DNA of 64,000 bases from Synechococcales cyanobacterium VAR_4_metabat_354 (lineage in GTDB: Bacteria; Cyanobacteriota; Cyanobacteriia; Cyanobacteriales; Chamaesiphonaceae), in assembly GCA_031414775.1 (NCBI GenBank), contig JANOQI010000036.1:64001-128000 (forward strand). The letters run 5' to 3'. Positions 44,215 to 54,044 of the stretch are shown here, one piece after another. Position numbers and translations under genes: made by a program. How positions within the stretch are numbered: the first letter of the stretch is position 1; every line of letters begins with the position of its first letter. The notes below the pieces were generated by a model, which was not told where the DNA came from, did not search any database, and saw nothing but the letters and a program-made list of their open reading frames with translations.

Positions 44215-44847
44215 ATGCTAAAAGTTGCAGTTGTAGACTACGACATGGGTAACTTACACTCTGTGTGTAAAGGTTTACAGCAGGTTGGTGCCGAGCCACA
44301 TATTACCGACTCGATCATCGAATTACAGGCGGCAGATGCCGTGGTATTGCCAGGCGTAGGTTCTTTTGACCCCGCCATGCAACACTTACAGGCTCGACAG
44401 TTGGTAGAGCCGCTAAGAAAAATCGCGGTAAGTGGCCAACCTTTTTTAGGAGTATGCCTGGGATTACAACTCTTATTTGAGGGCAGTGCTGAAGGCCAAG
44501 AAGCTGGATTGGGCATTGTGCCTGGCCAAGTCAAAAGGTTTAAATCCGAACCAGAACTAACCATTCCCCACATGGGCTGGAACCAACTGGAACTTACCCA
44601 ACCAGATTGCCCTCTCTGGCGAAACCTCGCTCCGCAAGATTGGGTGTATTTTGTCCATTCTTTTTATGTCCAGCCGGACAATCCCCAAGTCACCGCCGCC
44701 ACAGTAACCCACGGTCAACAGCAAGTCACTGCTGCGATCGCCTTTGATCAGCTCATGGCCGTGCAGTTTCATCCCGAAAAATCTTCGACAGTGGGCCTAG
44801 CTATTTTGGCTAATTTCTTAACCACGGTGGCAGTGAGTGCCGCGTGA
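44215..44847 (+). CDS. hisH: Imidazole glycerol phosphate synthase subunit HisH
   Basis: DYDMGNL, LPGVGSF, GVCLGLQ, QFHPEKS. Confidence 0.97.
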   Translation: MLKVAVVDYDMGNLHSVCKGLQQVGAEPHITDSIIELQAADAVVLPGVGSFDPAMQHLQARQLVEPLRKIAVSGQPFLGVCLGLQLLFEGSAEGQEAGLGIVPGQVKRFKSEPELTIPHMGWNQLELTQPDCPLWRNLAPQDWVYFVHSFYVQPDNPQVTAATVTHGQQQVTAAIAFDQLMAVQFHPEKSSTVGLAILANFLTTVAVSAA

Positions 44848-45446
44848 GTATCAGAATCTATGGAAACAGAGAAATCAAAACCCAGCCCGGACTAGATTGC
44901 CGACCAACATCGGCACGAGTGCGGCAAGCGCTTTTTAATGTTTGGCAAGGGCAAATTCAGGGTTGTCGGTGGCTGGATCTGTGTACCGGTAGCGGAGCGA
45001 TGGCCGCCGAAGCTCTCTGCCGAGGCGCAGCAGTTGTCCTGGGAATCGAAGAATCGCCGCTGGCTAGCAAAATAATTAGAAATAATTGCCAGAGACTAGT
45101 GACTGGAGATGGTCATTTCCGGCTGATTAATGGTCGGGTGCAAAAATTCTTACCAACTTTGGCTGGTCAACAGTTCGATCGGATCTATTGTGATCCGCCC
45201 TATAAAAGCAATCTGTATCAAAGAATATTGAGTGCGATCGAAGAGCATCAACTATTAGCACCAGGTGGCGAAATCGCTTTAGAACACGGTAGCGATCGAG
45301 ATTTGAGCCAAGAATTAACAACCCTATCATTAGAGGTCTGTCGGCATAAAGTTTATGGCAGTACTGCACTGACATTTTATACTCACCAACAACAACCCCC
45401 ATCGACAATCGACAGGGATAGCAGGACAGATCAGAATCTCGGTTGA
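44844..45446 (+). CDS. rsmD: 16S rRNA m2G966 methyltransferase
   Basis: RPTSARVRQALFN, LDLCTGSG, DPPY. Confidence 0.93.
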   Translation: MSIRIYGNREIKTQPGLDCRPTSARVRQALFNVWQGQIQGCRWLDLCTGSGAMAAEALCRGAAVVLGIEESPLASKIIRNNCQRLVTGDGHFRLINGRVQKFLPTLAGQQFDRIYCDPPYKSNLYQRILSAIEEHQLLAPGGEIALEHGSDRDLSQELTTLSLEVCRHKVYGSTALTFYTHQQQPPSTIDRDSRTDQNLG

Positions 45447-45460
45447 AAAATCAGATAAAT

Positions 45461-45574
45461 TTAACCACCAAGTTGGTCGCCACGCTTGTACTGCAAGTAA
45501 GCAGCCACAAATAGCCCAAAGAGAGTAATCAAAACAAGACCTAGCACAATACCAGATAAAAGAGGTTCTACCAC
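45461..45574 (-). CDS. petG: Cytochrome b6-f complex subunit V
   Basis: Below ORF-track cutoff; manual translation [37 protein letters not shown] (GTG start). Confidence 0.96.
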   Translation of the reverse strand: MVEPLLSGIVLGLVLITLFGLFVAAYLQYKRGDQLGG

Positions 45575-45806
45575 TTTAAAAATCTCCGCCAATAAAAATT
45601 TATAGATATTTGTCTACAGCCTATCGCCTTCAGGGAGTAGGGGCAAGAGCAAAAAAAGAAGATATTGTAAAGAAGTGTATAGAACAGAGGTATTTTTGTA
45701 TACACTCAAACTTATATATTGCAGGCCACACAACAAAAACAACAGTAGTGTGTAAAGTTTTTATTCAACAGAAGTATAATTTAGTAAAGATTTAAAAAGG
45801 CACCCA

Positions 45807-46184
45807 TTGGAAAATCGACTCACTAACTCTAAGCAATCACAACTCCGCTGGATCGGAACAAAGATCGTAGCGGTCTTGTTGCTTGTGTGTGTGGGGATGG
45901 TATCTTGGAATATATTTGGTGGTAGTACTCCTTACATCAAAAATGTTCTAGAACTAAAGGGTGATCAAGTTTTAGGTCATGCCATTTTTCAAATGAATTG
46001 TAGTGGCTGCCATGGGCTAACCGGACAAGGAAGAGTAGGCCCGAACCTGCACGAAGTGTCTAAAAGAAAGTCGTCTAAGGGTTTAATTGAGCAAGTCATT
46101 AGTGGCCAGACACCCCCCATGCCGCAATTTCAGCCAAATCCTCAAGAAATGGCCGATTTACTGAGTTATCTCCAAACGCTCTAA
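45807..46184 (+). CDS. cytM: Cytochrome cM
   Basis: CSGCH haem motif, QVISGQTPPMPQF; divergent from petG. Confidence 0.9.
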   Translation: MENRLTNSKQSQLRWIGTKIVAVLLLVCVGMVSWNIFGGSTPYIKNVLELKGDQVLGHAIFQMNCSGCHGLTGQGRVGPNLHEVSKRKSSKGLIEQVISGQTPPMPQFQPNPQEMADLLSYLQTL

Positions 46185-46248
46185 CAAAGCCAAATCTTCA
46201 TAAATATTCTAAAACTATAGAAACTCATTTCAGCAAAGGCCAAAAATC

Positions 46249-47436
46249 ATGACATCTATATGTATTCTGGGCGGCGGCTTTGCTGGTCTTTACACAGCCT
46301 TGCGTCTTCAGCAAATGTCTTGGGACAATCATGAGCATGAAATTGTTTTGGTTGATAAATCTGACCGATTTGTTTTCACACCATTGCTGTATGAACTTTT
46401 AACCCAAGAAATGGCTACTTGGGAAGTAGCACCAACTTTTCAAGATTTATTCAAAGGTACCAACATCAAGTTTCGTCAGGCAGTAGTGCAATCGATCAAT
46501 CTAGATCAACAAGAAGTGCATTTTTCTAACGATCAGACATTGGCGTACGATCACATAGTGCTGGCACTGGGTGGCGAAACGCCCCTCACCGGCGTAACCG
46601 GAGTCGAGCAGTACGGCATTCCTTTTCGGAATCTTACTGATGTATCGCGGTTAGAAAATCGCCTGCGAGCATTAGAAGATAGCCAGCAAGACAAAATTCG
46701 AGTAGCGATCGTGGGAGCTGGCTACAGTGGTGTAGAGTTGGCTTGCAAGTTAGCCGATAGATTGGGTGAGCGTGGTCGTCTGCGGATCATCGAAAGAGGA
46801 GAGAAAATCCTCCAGGCAGCACCAGAGTTCAATCGAGAAGCGGCCCAGAAAGCGTTGAGTAAGCGAGAAATCTGGATAGATTTAGAAACCAGCATCACAG
46901 AAGTGACAGCCAGTACCATCTCGATCGAATTTCGGGAGCAGGTAGATCAAATTCCCGTAGATATCGTGCTCTGGACAGTAGGAAACAAGGTCAGTCCGGC
47001 AGTGGCAGAATTAGATTTACGACGCAATCTGCAGGGGCAGATCAAGACCTTACCCACATTGCAGACAGTCGATCGATCAACAGTTTATGCCCTCGGAGAC
47101 TTAGCCGAGATATTTGACCAAGATGGTAAAACTGTGACAGCAACAGCGCAGTCGGCGATGCAACAAGCCGATTTTGCCGCTTGGAATATTTGGGCAACCA
47201 GCACTGGCCGATCTTTATTACCATTCCGGTATACAAATTTGGGAGAAATGATGGCATTGGGCAAAGACAATGCCACACTGACAGGTTTAGGATTAAAGTT
47301 AGACGGAACAGCAGCCTATTTAGCGCGTAGGTTAGTATATTTATATCGGCTTCCAACTATAGAACATCAGATCCAAGTTGGATTGAACTGGATTAATCGG
47401 CCAGTTGCCGAATTCTTAAAGTCAATTGCCAATTAA
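46249..47436 (+). CDS. ndbB: Type II NAD(P)H dehydrogenase (NdbB-like)
   Basis: GGGFAGL, FTPLLYEL, GAGYSGVELA..LADRL. Confidence 0.8.
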   Translation: MTSICILGGGFAGLYTALRLQQMSWDNHEHEIVLVDKSDRFVFTPLLYELLTQEMATWEVAPTFQDLFKGTNIKFRQAVVQSINLDQQEVHFSNDQTLAYDHIVLALGGETPLTGVTGVEQYGIPFRNLTDVSRLENRLRALEDSQQDKIRVAIVGAGYSGVELACKLADRLGERGRLRIIERGEKILQAAPEFNREAAQKALSKREIWIDLETSITEVTASTISIEFREQVDQIPVDIVLWTVGNKVSPAVAELDLRRNLQGQIKTLPTLQTVDRSTVYALGDLAEIFDQDGKTVTATAQSAMQQADFAAWNIWATSTGRSLLPFRYTNLGEMMALGKDNATLTGLGLKLDGTAAYLARRLVYLYRLPTIEHQIQVGLNWINRPVAEFLKSIAN

Positions 47437-47444
47437 TTAGTTAA

Positions 47445-48164
47445 CTAATTAATTGGTTTTATAAAAAACATTAGATGTTGCTGCGGCAAAATAGTCAAAG
47501 TTTTGTCCCATTGCAGACCAACAGCAGCCATTTCTTTTTTGATTTGCTTTTCGGTAGTCTTATGATGGGGCTTAATAAAAACAAACGGGTCTTCACCCCG
47601 ATATTCAGCTAAAACAATACGACCATTAGGCTGCAAGGCCGTGACCAAATCCTCCATCATTTCCCGAGGATGATTAAATTCGTGGTATACATCAACCATT
47701 ACAGCCAAATTAATACTGGCAGCAGTTAACCCGGATTTTTGCTCTTCACCCAATACCGCTTTGATGTTAGTAGTTTTGCTGAACCTTTTGTTCAGAATAG
47801 TAATCATTTCCGGTTGAATATCTACCGCTATTACTTTTCCCAGAGGAACCTGGACAGAGAGTAATTTGGAAATATAACCAGTGCCAGCGCCAATATCACC
47901 CACAATATCGTTAGGCTGAAGATTCAGTGCATCAACTAATTTCTGGGGCTGTTCTTCAGTTTGACGATCAGATCGATCGAGCCAGTCAGCACCTTGATGT
48001 CCCATTACCTGGGAAATTTCTCGTCCCATATAAACTTTGCCAATGCCATCAAAACTAGGTGGTCGGTAGCTATAGAACTTAGAATCAATGAGCGCTGAGC
48101 TGGGAGCAAGAAATAGCAACCAGAGACAAGATAAGGCCATCAACAATTTTGAGAATAATTGCAT
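47445..48164 (-). CDS. Class I SAM-dependent methyltransferase, N-terminal signal peptide
   Basis: DIGAGTGY, MVDVYHEF. Confidence 0.85.
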   Translation of the reverse strand: MQLFSKLLMALSCLWLLFLAPSSALIDSKFYSYRPPSFDGIGKVYMGREISQVMGHQGADWLDRSDRQTEEQPQKLVDALNLQPNDIVGDIGAGTGYISKLLSVQVPLGKVIAVDIQPEMITILNKRFSKTTNIKAVLGEEQKSGLTAASINLAVMVDVYHEFNHPREMMEDLVTALQPNGRIVLAEYRGEDPFVFIKPHHKTTEKQIKKEMAAVGLQWDKTLTILPQQHLMFFIKPIN

Positions 48165-48204
48165 TATTTATTTCAGATAAAAGATTCAGAGAGCATACAA
48201 ACAT

Positions 48205-48236
48205 AAAAAAGGAGAACCAATTGGTTCTCCTTTTTT
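48205..48236. terminator. Perfect 32-bp palindrome, bidirectional terminator-like
   Basis: AAAAAAGGAGAACCAATTGGTTCTCCTTTTTT. Confidence 0.75.
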
Positions 48237-48255
48237 CATAATCATAAACCCAAAA

Positions 48256-48888
48256 TTATTGCTTCGTCGCCATCACTGCATAGAAAGGGTCGGTAAGACT
48301 CAGCCAAGGCAATACCCCACCACCACGATGGGCAACAGGTTGAGGCTCACTAAAACCCGCCACACTCTGAAAATAACGGCATACCAGTTCAAGATGCTGC
48401 TCATCACTACCATCTCGCCAAGCATTGATGGCTTTATTGGGAAACATCCGATTGGAGAAGCTGATAATAGCTATGCCACCAGGCTGAAGAATGCGGAAAA
48501 TTTCGGCAAAAATGGCCTCTGGGTACTGAAGATACTGCACGGATACCGTATTTAACACCGCCGCAAACTCCGCGTCAGCACAGGGCAACTGAAGATCTTT
48601 ATTTAGGTTTTGAACAAAGTATCGATCGAGCCTAGCGTTACGACTCAATTCCGCTTCGTTTAAACCATGACCACAGATTTCTGCAAACTCCATTTCGGAT
48701 GGTAAATGGGAAACCCAGCTACTCATTAAGTCCAAAATTTTAGTTTGGGGCTGGAGCTGTTGGCGATAGAGATTAGTGAGACGCTGAATAAAGGCCGCAT
48801 CTACATGGGTAACAAATCGCGGATCGCTATAAAAATCAGCATCATCGGTTCGATCGATCTTTTCGCGTTGGTCAGAAGTTAGGAGCAT
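48256..48888 (-). CDS. Class I SAM-dependent methyltransferase (type 11)
   Basis: PRFVTHVD, LDLMSSWVSHLP, SFSNRMFP.KA. Confidence 0.87.
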   Translation of the reverse strand: MLLTSDQREKIDRTDDADFYSDPRFVTHVDAAFIQRLTNLYRQQLQPQTKILDLMSSWVSHLPSEMEFAEICGHGLNEAELSRNARLDRYFVQNLNKDLQLPCADAEFAAVLNTVSVQYLQYPEAIFAEIFRILQPGGIAIISFSNRMFPNKAINAWRDGSDEQHLELVCRYFQSVAGFSEPQPVAHRGGGVLPWLSLTDPFYAVMATKQ

Positions 48889-48908
48889 GTTGAAATATCA
48901 AATATTTT

Positions 48909-49295
48909 TTAGAACTTCACACCGATCTGGCCATTAAGACCCCGAATGGAGTGATAACCAACACCATAGAAAATATTGCCAGGCGGAGCAACCTGAACAC
49001 CACCAGAATAAGCAATAGTATCTTTGCCCGAATACCAGCCCAAACCAACATAGGGAGAAACTACTGGTAGGCTGATGAATTTAAGAATATCAACACCGGT
49101 TGCACCTTGTGGACCGGTACCAAATTCGGCACCTAAATCGAAAAGACGAATCCCTGCGCTATATGTAATCGTGGAATCTTTACTACCAAGGGTTCCCCAG
49201 GCTTGAGGAACTAACTGTGCTTTAGCTGGGTTAGCCCAAGATAGCCCTAAAACAGATATGGAGAGTACAGCAATTAACCGAGAACACCATTTCAT
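48909..49295 (-). CDS. Small secreted/outer-membrane beta-barrel-like hypothetical protein
   Basis: AKA signal site, SPYVGLG, C-terminal GVKF. Confidence 0.7.
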   Translation of the reverse strand: MKWCSRLIAVLSISVLGLSWANPAKAQLVPQAWGTLGSKDSTITYSAGIRLFDLGAEFGTGPQGATGVDILKFISLPVVSPYVGLGWYSGKDTIAYSGGVQVAPPGNIFYGVGYHSIRGLNGQIGVKF

Positions 49296-50352
49296 AACAA
49301 ATACTCCTGAATGACTAGATCTAAATTCTTATGAATAGACGTTGGAAAACATCAGCTTGAGCCTGAAGAGTGGAAATTAAAGAGCTGGAAAAAAATAACC
49401 TTCTCTAAAAGTGTTGTTGATATTTTAGAGAAATTTGGAGAATGTTACAGCTGTTCTTAATTTTGATCAATTGATTAATTCAGAAAATGGAAAAAAATGA
49501 TGCCTGGCTTAGATTGACAGGTAATGGAAAATAGCATCGATTTAAACATTGGCGAAAAATCAAATAATATTTTATGGGCTTTTGATTTTTCAACTTTGAC
49601 TAAAGCATGTTTTCTTTTTTTTTGATTTTTACAAATATGAAAAAATTGATATATATCAAAAAAACAATAAATAGAAAATTTCTACTTTAAGTTTTGCTCT
49701 AGATCTATAAATATTTGAATCTAAGCTTTTGATTAAATTGATAGATAATCCATATTTCTCCATTTTCTCAAAATAATTTATTCAATTGATCGTAAAAAGC
49801 GACTAGGTGTATAGATACAGTGAGATATTCTCCAACTTTTCCCTAGCTTTATTTTTCTCCAAGATTCTGAAGAAGTATGATTTCTATTTTTCCCTGATCT
49901 GAATACTCTCTAAATTAACAACCAGTAAATTCTTTTTCCAAATATCTCAAATAAAATTCGTAAGATTTTTATAAATATTGTTAAAGAATGTTTCTCCAAT
50001 AGTATTTTTGTATTTTGATTATTCGATCTTATCCAAACACTCCAAAAGACAATATTGTATTTAATGCTGATCGATAACTGAAGTTTTATTCATCTTGAAC
50101 TTTCTCCAAATTTCTATTGACTTAATAAATTTAGCTGGTAGTTAAGGCCATAATCCATAAGTATTTTTAAATTTCCTGTAAAAGCTTCTGCCGACATAAA
50201 ACAGCTGAAAGTATTTCCCGAGAATCAGTTTGATCGATAACCACTAGGACTTAAATTTAGAGAATTTTTTCACCAAACTGATTTTTTAAATTTGGAAGAC
50301 GGATTAAGCCGCCGTCTGAAATTACTCGGTTTCTAAAGATTGCAATTTAGTA

Positions 50353-50787
50353 GTGAGTTACCCCAACCCGCTGCGCTGAGGTTGGAGCTTCCAACACAGC
50401 TAACAGTGATGGTTTTATTCGTCTTGGCTTGTGCCACGCTTACGCGAACAAAATTTGCCACTTCATCCGCCACTGCTACCAAATGAGCAAGCTCACTTAT
50501 TGGTCTTTCATAACGTCCATAGCCAGGAGTCCGCCTTCCGCAAACCCAAATATATTCAGTCGGAAATCCACATGGCTTTTGATTAGTCTAGCGGCAGATT
50601 TCATTTAGTGGATAGTGCGCTAGTACTTACGCTTGCTCAATGCAACAGCCTTTCAGACGCTCCACAAGGTCATCAGCCTCCGAAATAATTATACCAATTG
50701 CAAGCATGACTGTATTGAGCCAAATCCATGATTGTTCATCTCGTCACCCGCTTCGCTGAGAGTAGGGACTTCCACTGATTCCGTTAA
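50353..50787 (-). mobile_element. Non-autonomous IS200/IS605-derived element (PATE-like) with omega/reRNA-like scaffold
   Basis: Minus strand: left end TTAACGGAATCAGTGGAAGTCCC-hairpin-GATGAA, right end GGAAGCTCCAACC-hairpin-GGTTGGGGTAACTCAC; related subterminal hairpins; GC-richer than flanks; no ORF of 60 aa or more. Confidence 0.75.
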
Positions 50788-51027
50788 ATATTACTGGCTA
50801 TTTCCGAATAAAGAAATATCTGGCGCTTTAGTCTCTCTTCGATCAATAAGCTAACTAAGTAGGTAATAATTTTATTTTTAGTTATGAAGCCATTAAATAA
50901 ATATACTAAAACCCTATGTAGCATTAGCTTTCAAGTCTTTTATAAGATCAAAAATCTCTAAACATGTATTGTTGAAATATGTCTAAAGTGCTAAATACTA
51001 AAAAAATATTACTTTTATTTCTTTTGC

Positions 51028-51130
51028 TACAGTTAGGCACTTTTACAATTTTGTCTCCGATCATTTCCTAAATGCTGAATAGTTGATTACTTATTACAGT
51101 TATAATATCTAGTTACAGTTAGGCACTTTT
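51028..51130 (+). promoter_or_regulatory. 17-bp direct repeats flanking a TATAAT box upstream of HTH gene
   Basis: TACAGTTAGGCACTTTT at 51028-51044 and 51114-51130; partial TACAGTTA overlapping TATAAT at 51101-51106. Confidence 0.65.
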
Positions 51131-51145
51131 GAAAACTTTATTTAT

Positions 51146-51598
51146 ATGAAGCAGTTACAAACATCATCAACGCCAGTGTTTTTATCAGATATCAATATTC
51201 AATCGCTAAATGCCTTAAAGTCTCTACTATCGAATAACCCTTTACGTTTAGTCGATCGAGACAGTAATGCTGTAGATGTATCTCCGGTAATGGTCAATGC
51301 TTTACAGCAATTGGTGGGAATAATGCTCTCCGGTAGAGCGGCGGCTATTCTGCCCGAAAAGCAATACTTGAGTTGTCAGGCAGCAGCTGAACTACTTGGA
51401 ATCTCTCGTCCCTACCTTTATCGACTGTTAGATGAGGGAGTTATTTCTTTTTTCAAGGTGGGGAGCCATCGTCGTCTGAAATTTGAAGATGTGATTGATT
51501 ACAAAATTAATAGAAGCAATGATCGACATCAGGCATTATTAGAACTGGCTGAACTAAGTAAAAAAATAGGTCTCCTGTCGCTGGATAATTCCAAGTAG
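51146..51598 (+). CDS. Excisionase-like HTH_17 DNA-binding protein
   Basis: LSCQAAAELLGISRPYLYRLLDEG.I.F.KVGSHRR. Confidence 0.88.
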   Translation: MKQLQTSSTPVFLSDINIQSLNALKSLLSNNPLRLVDRDSNAVDVSPVMVNALQQLVGIMLSGRAAAILPEKQYLSCQAAAELLGISRPYLYRLLDEGVISFFKVGSHRRLKFEDVIDYKINRSNDRHQALLELAELSKKIGLLSLDNSK

Positions 51599-51599
51599 A

Positions 51600-53942
51600 T
51601 TATCGGACAGCTTGCAGAAATTTTTCGAGAACGGGTATGGCTGGACATGGATCTTTGGGTTGCAACTTGTACTGAGTTGCTCCCTCTGTCGCTATATTTG
51701 GATCTGGCCAGTCAAAGCGATTCCAGGTAAAAGGTGCTTCTCGTTCAGCGGCCATCCAGAGCAACCTTTTAGCCCTGGTCATTGCTACATATAGTAAGCG
51801 CAGGGATTCAGCCTGTTTGAGGAAATTGGCTTGCTGCCAAGCAACTGCGGCACTGGGTGGAGTTTGCTGATGGGCAAAGGCTCGGATTTGAGCACGAGCA
51901 ACTTCTCCAATATTAAAATCCCCTAAAAATTTAGATCCGGTAGTTACCCAGGGACTACCCGGAATACTATCTTTGTGGAGAAATGGTAAAAAGACCACGT
52001 CCCAATCTAAACCTTTAGCTTTGTGCATTGTCATAATTGTGACCTGACCGGCGGCGGTGAATCGATCGTCTGCTTCTTCGTCTACGTTGGCAAAATTCTC
52101 GGCTTGAGCGATTTCTTGCAATACCTGAATACTGTGGGCGAGAGAACTATTCCCAAAGGTTTGTTGAGCAACTCGCTCTGCTAGTTTATCGGCGGTAGCT
52201 AATTCCAGAGCTTGATATTCTAACCTATCTGCTAAATAACTAATTAGTTGGTAATATGGTAAACTAAATCTGGCTCTGATGAATTCAGTGCAGTAGGTTT
52301 GGGCTTTGATGGCTGTTGCCGATAACTGCGGATCAGTGATTGTCGGGTAGAGAAAGCGTTCTGGAAAGATCGCGAGGGCATTAGTATCTTGAGCCTCAAT
52401 TAGTTGCCGTTCTAGTAGAACATTCAGAGCATCTTTCAACCGATCGGGTGAATGAGGGCGTACCACGAATTGCAGGAGCCGCAACATTTCGCTGGGAATT
52501 TGAGAGCTACGGTCGCTAATCCCGGCGGCGTAAATTTTGATCTCAGGACGGGTTTTAAATTGGGCTGTTAATTGATCATTGATGAACCTGGCCTGGCGAT
52601 TCTCGCGTACTAAGATGGCGATATTGAGGGGCGATTCATGTTGAAATAGCTGGATGATGCGATCGCCGATTTGTTCGATCGATTGAAAAATATCTCGTGG
52701 CCGATGCACTTCTATGCCAGCTGCAATCGGACTAGGGTTGGGTTGCGGGTCGTCTAAACCCACTGACTGAATATCTTGGGGCCAGAATACAGTCTCGGAA
52801 GTAGCTATGTTGTCGGTGTCGGCAGCGGGTAAATTGGGGCGCAAGTAATTGTTACCCCAGTGCAATATAAAGTTGGCGCTGTTAATAATAGCTTTGGTAC
52901 TGCGTCCGGCTTGGTTCATTTCAGCTAAGTTGCCGCTGGGGGCGCAGGCGCTGCAAAAATCTCGGAAGTAAGTAGGATCCGCGGGAGTATAGCTGGAGTT
53001 GATCGATTGGTTGGGGTCGCCCACCCGAATTAAATTAGAGATCGATCGATCATCTTGCTGGTTGTTGCCAGTGGCCAATAATCCCAAGAGTTTTTCTTGC
53101 AAGGGGCTAGAATCCTGGGCTTCGTCTTCAAAAACGGCATGGACTTGCTGCTGCCAAAATTTCAGAGCCACTGGATCTTGTAAAACTCTTAAAGCCCCAA
53201 CGATCATTTCATCATGGTCTAAATAATTCATGGCTTGTAGCTGATCTTGGTACTCTTGGTATAGTCCGGCGCAAATGCCCAAGATATCGTAGTGATCGGG
53301 GTGTTGCTGCGCTAATTCCGCTAAATCAGTGGGCGATAACCCTGAACTTTTAGCTTCGCGGACAGCAGTGAGGGTCAGATTGGGCAGGATGTCGTTGCGG
53401 ATGACTGATTGGCGGCGTAATCTTTCGGTTTCTTCCCCATCAAAACTTGCTCCGGCAAGGAGTTGGTGATATCGATCGACATTCTGGGGCAGCCACCTGT
53501 CAACACAAGTCCGGACTAATTTATGACTACTATTCGGCATAATGACCGTGCAGTCGGTAGTGTTCAGCTTCGATAGTTCGGGATGGCGGGTGGCAATACT
53601 CCAAGCTAGGCTATGAATAGTACTAACGCTATAACCTACAGGTGGTAGTGATAATTCTTGCAGGCAGCGATCGATCTTGATTTTGATATTAGCCGCTGCC
53701 GATCGAGTGAGGGTAACTATGATTAATTGTTTGCGTCCGTGCAGTTGCTCGCGAGCGATGGTCAGGGCTGCTGTGACGGCCATACTATGAGACTTGCCTG
53801 CTCCTGGCACTGCGGACACGGCTAGTGCACCTGCTCTCCAATTAGCCAAAGGTCTTTGACCAGCGCGCAGGCTATTTTGGAACCTGTCCATGATGGCGGC
53901 ACGCAATTCCAATTGATGATCGGTGGAAAGGGGAAGCGGCAT
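51600..53942 (-). CDS. UvrD/Rep-family ATP-dependent helicase
   Basis: AVPGAGKS, FEDEAQD, VGDPNQSI, TMHKAKGLDWD, YVAMTRAK; start may be 53969. Confidence 0.92.
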   Translation of the reverse strand: MPLPLSTDHQLELRAAIMDRFQNSLRAGQRPLANWRAGALAVSAVPGAGKSHSMAVTAALTIAREQLHGRKQLIIVTLTRSAAANIKIKIDRCLQELSLPPVGYSVSTIHSLAWSIATRHPELSKLNTTDCTVIMPNSSHKLVRTCVDRWLPQNVDRYHQLLAGASFDGEETERLRRQSVIRNDILPNLTLTAVREAKSSGLSPTDLAELAQQHPDHYDILGICAGLYQEYQDQLQAMNYLDHDEMIVGALRVLQDPVALKFWQQQVHAVFEDEAQDSSPLQEKLLGLLATGNNQQDDRSISNLIRVGDPNQSINSSYTPADPTYFRDFCSACAPSGNLAEMNQAGRSTKAIINSANFILHWGNNYLRPNLPAADTDNIATSETVFWPQDIQSVGLDDPQPNPSPIAAGIEVHRPRDIFQSIEQIGDRIIQLFQHESPLNIAILVRENRQARFINDQLTAQFKTRPEIKIYAAGISDRSSQIPSEMLRLLQFVVRPHSPDRLKDALNVLLERQLIEAQDTNALAIFPERFLYPTITDPQLSATAIKAQTYCTEFIRARFSLPYYQLISYLADRLEYQALELATADKLAERVAQQTFGNSSLAHSIQVLQEIAQAENFANVDEEADDRFTAAGQVTIMTMHKAKGLDWDVVFLPFLHKDSIPGSPWVTTGSKFLGDFNIGEVARAQIRAFAHQQTPPSAAVAWQQANFLKQAESLRLLYVAMTRAKRLLWMAAEREAPFTWNRFDWPDPNIATEGATQYKLQPKDPCPAIPVLEKFLQAVR

Positions 53943-54044
53943 GAAGTAAGGGCAACCGAGGTACCCCATTGTATACTGAAATCATGGGGCTGGGGCAACT
54001 CTGCGATATCTTAAAAATTTAAATTTATATAGATTGGCTAAAGC

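Noticed and set aside
45610..45795. 61-aa ORF between petG and cytM
   Set aside because: TTG start, lies in the divergent promoter region, no recognisable features
50640..50682. Hammerhead ribozyme (CTGATGA...GAAA on minus strand)
   Set aside because: Stem II does not close properly between CTGATGA and GAAA, and no convincing stems I/III were found
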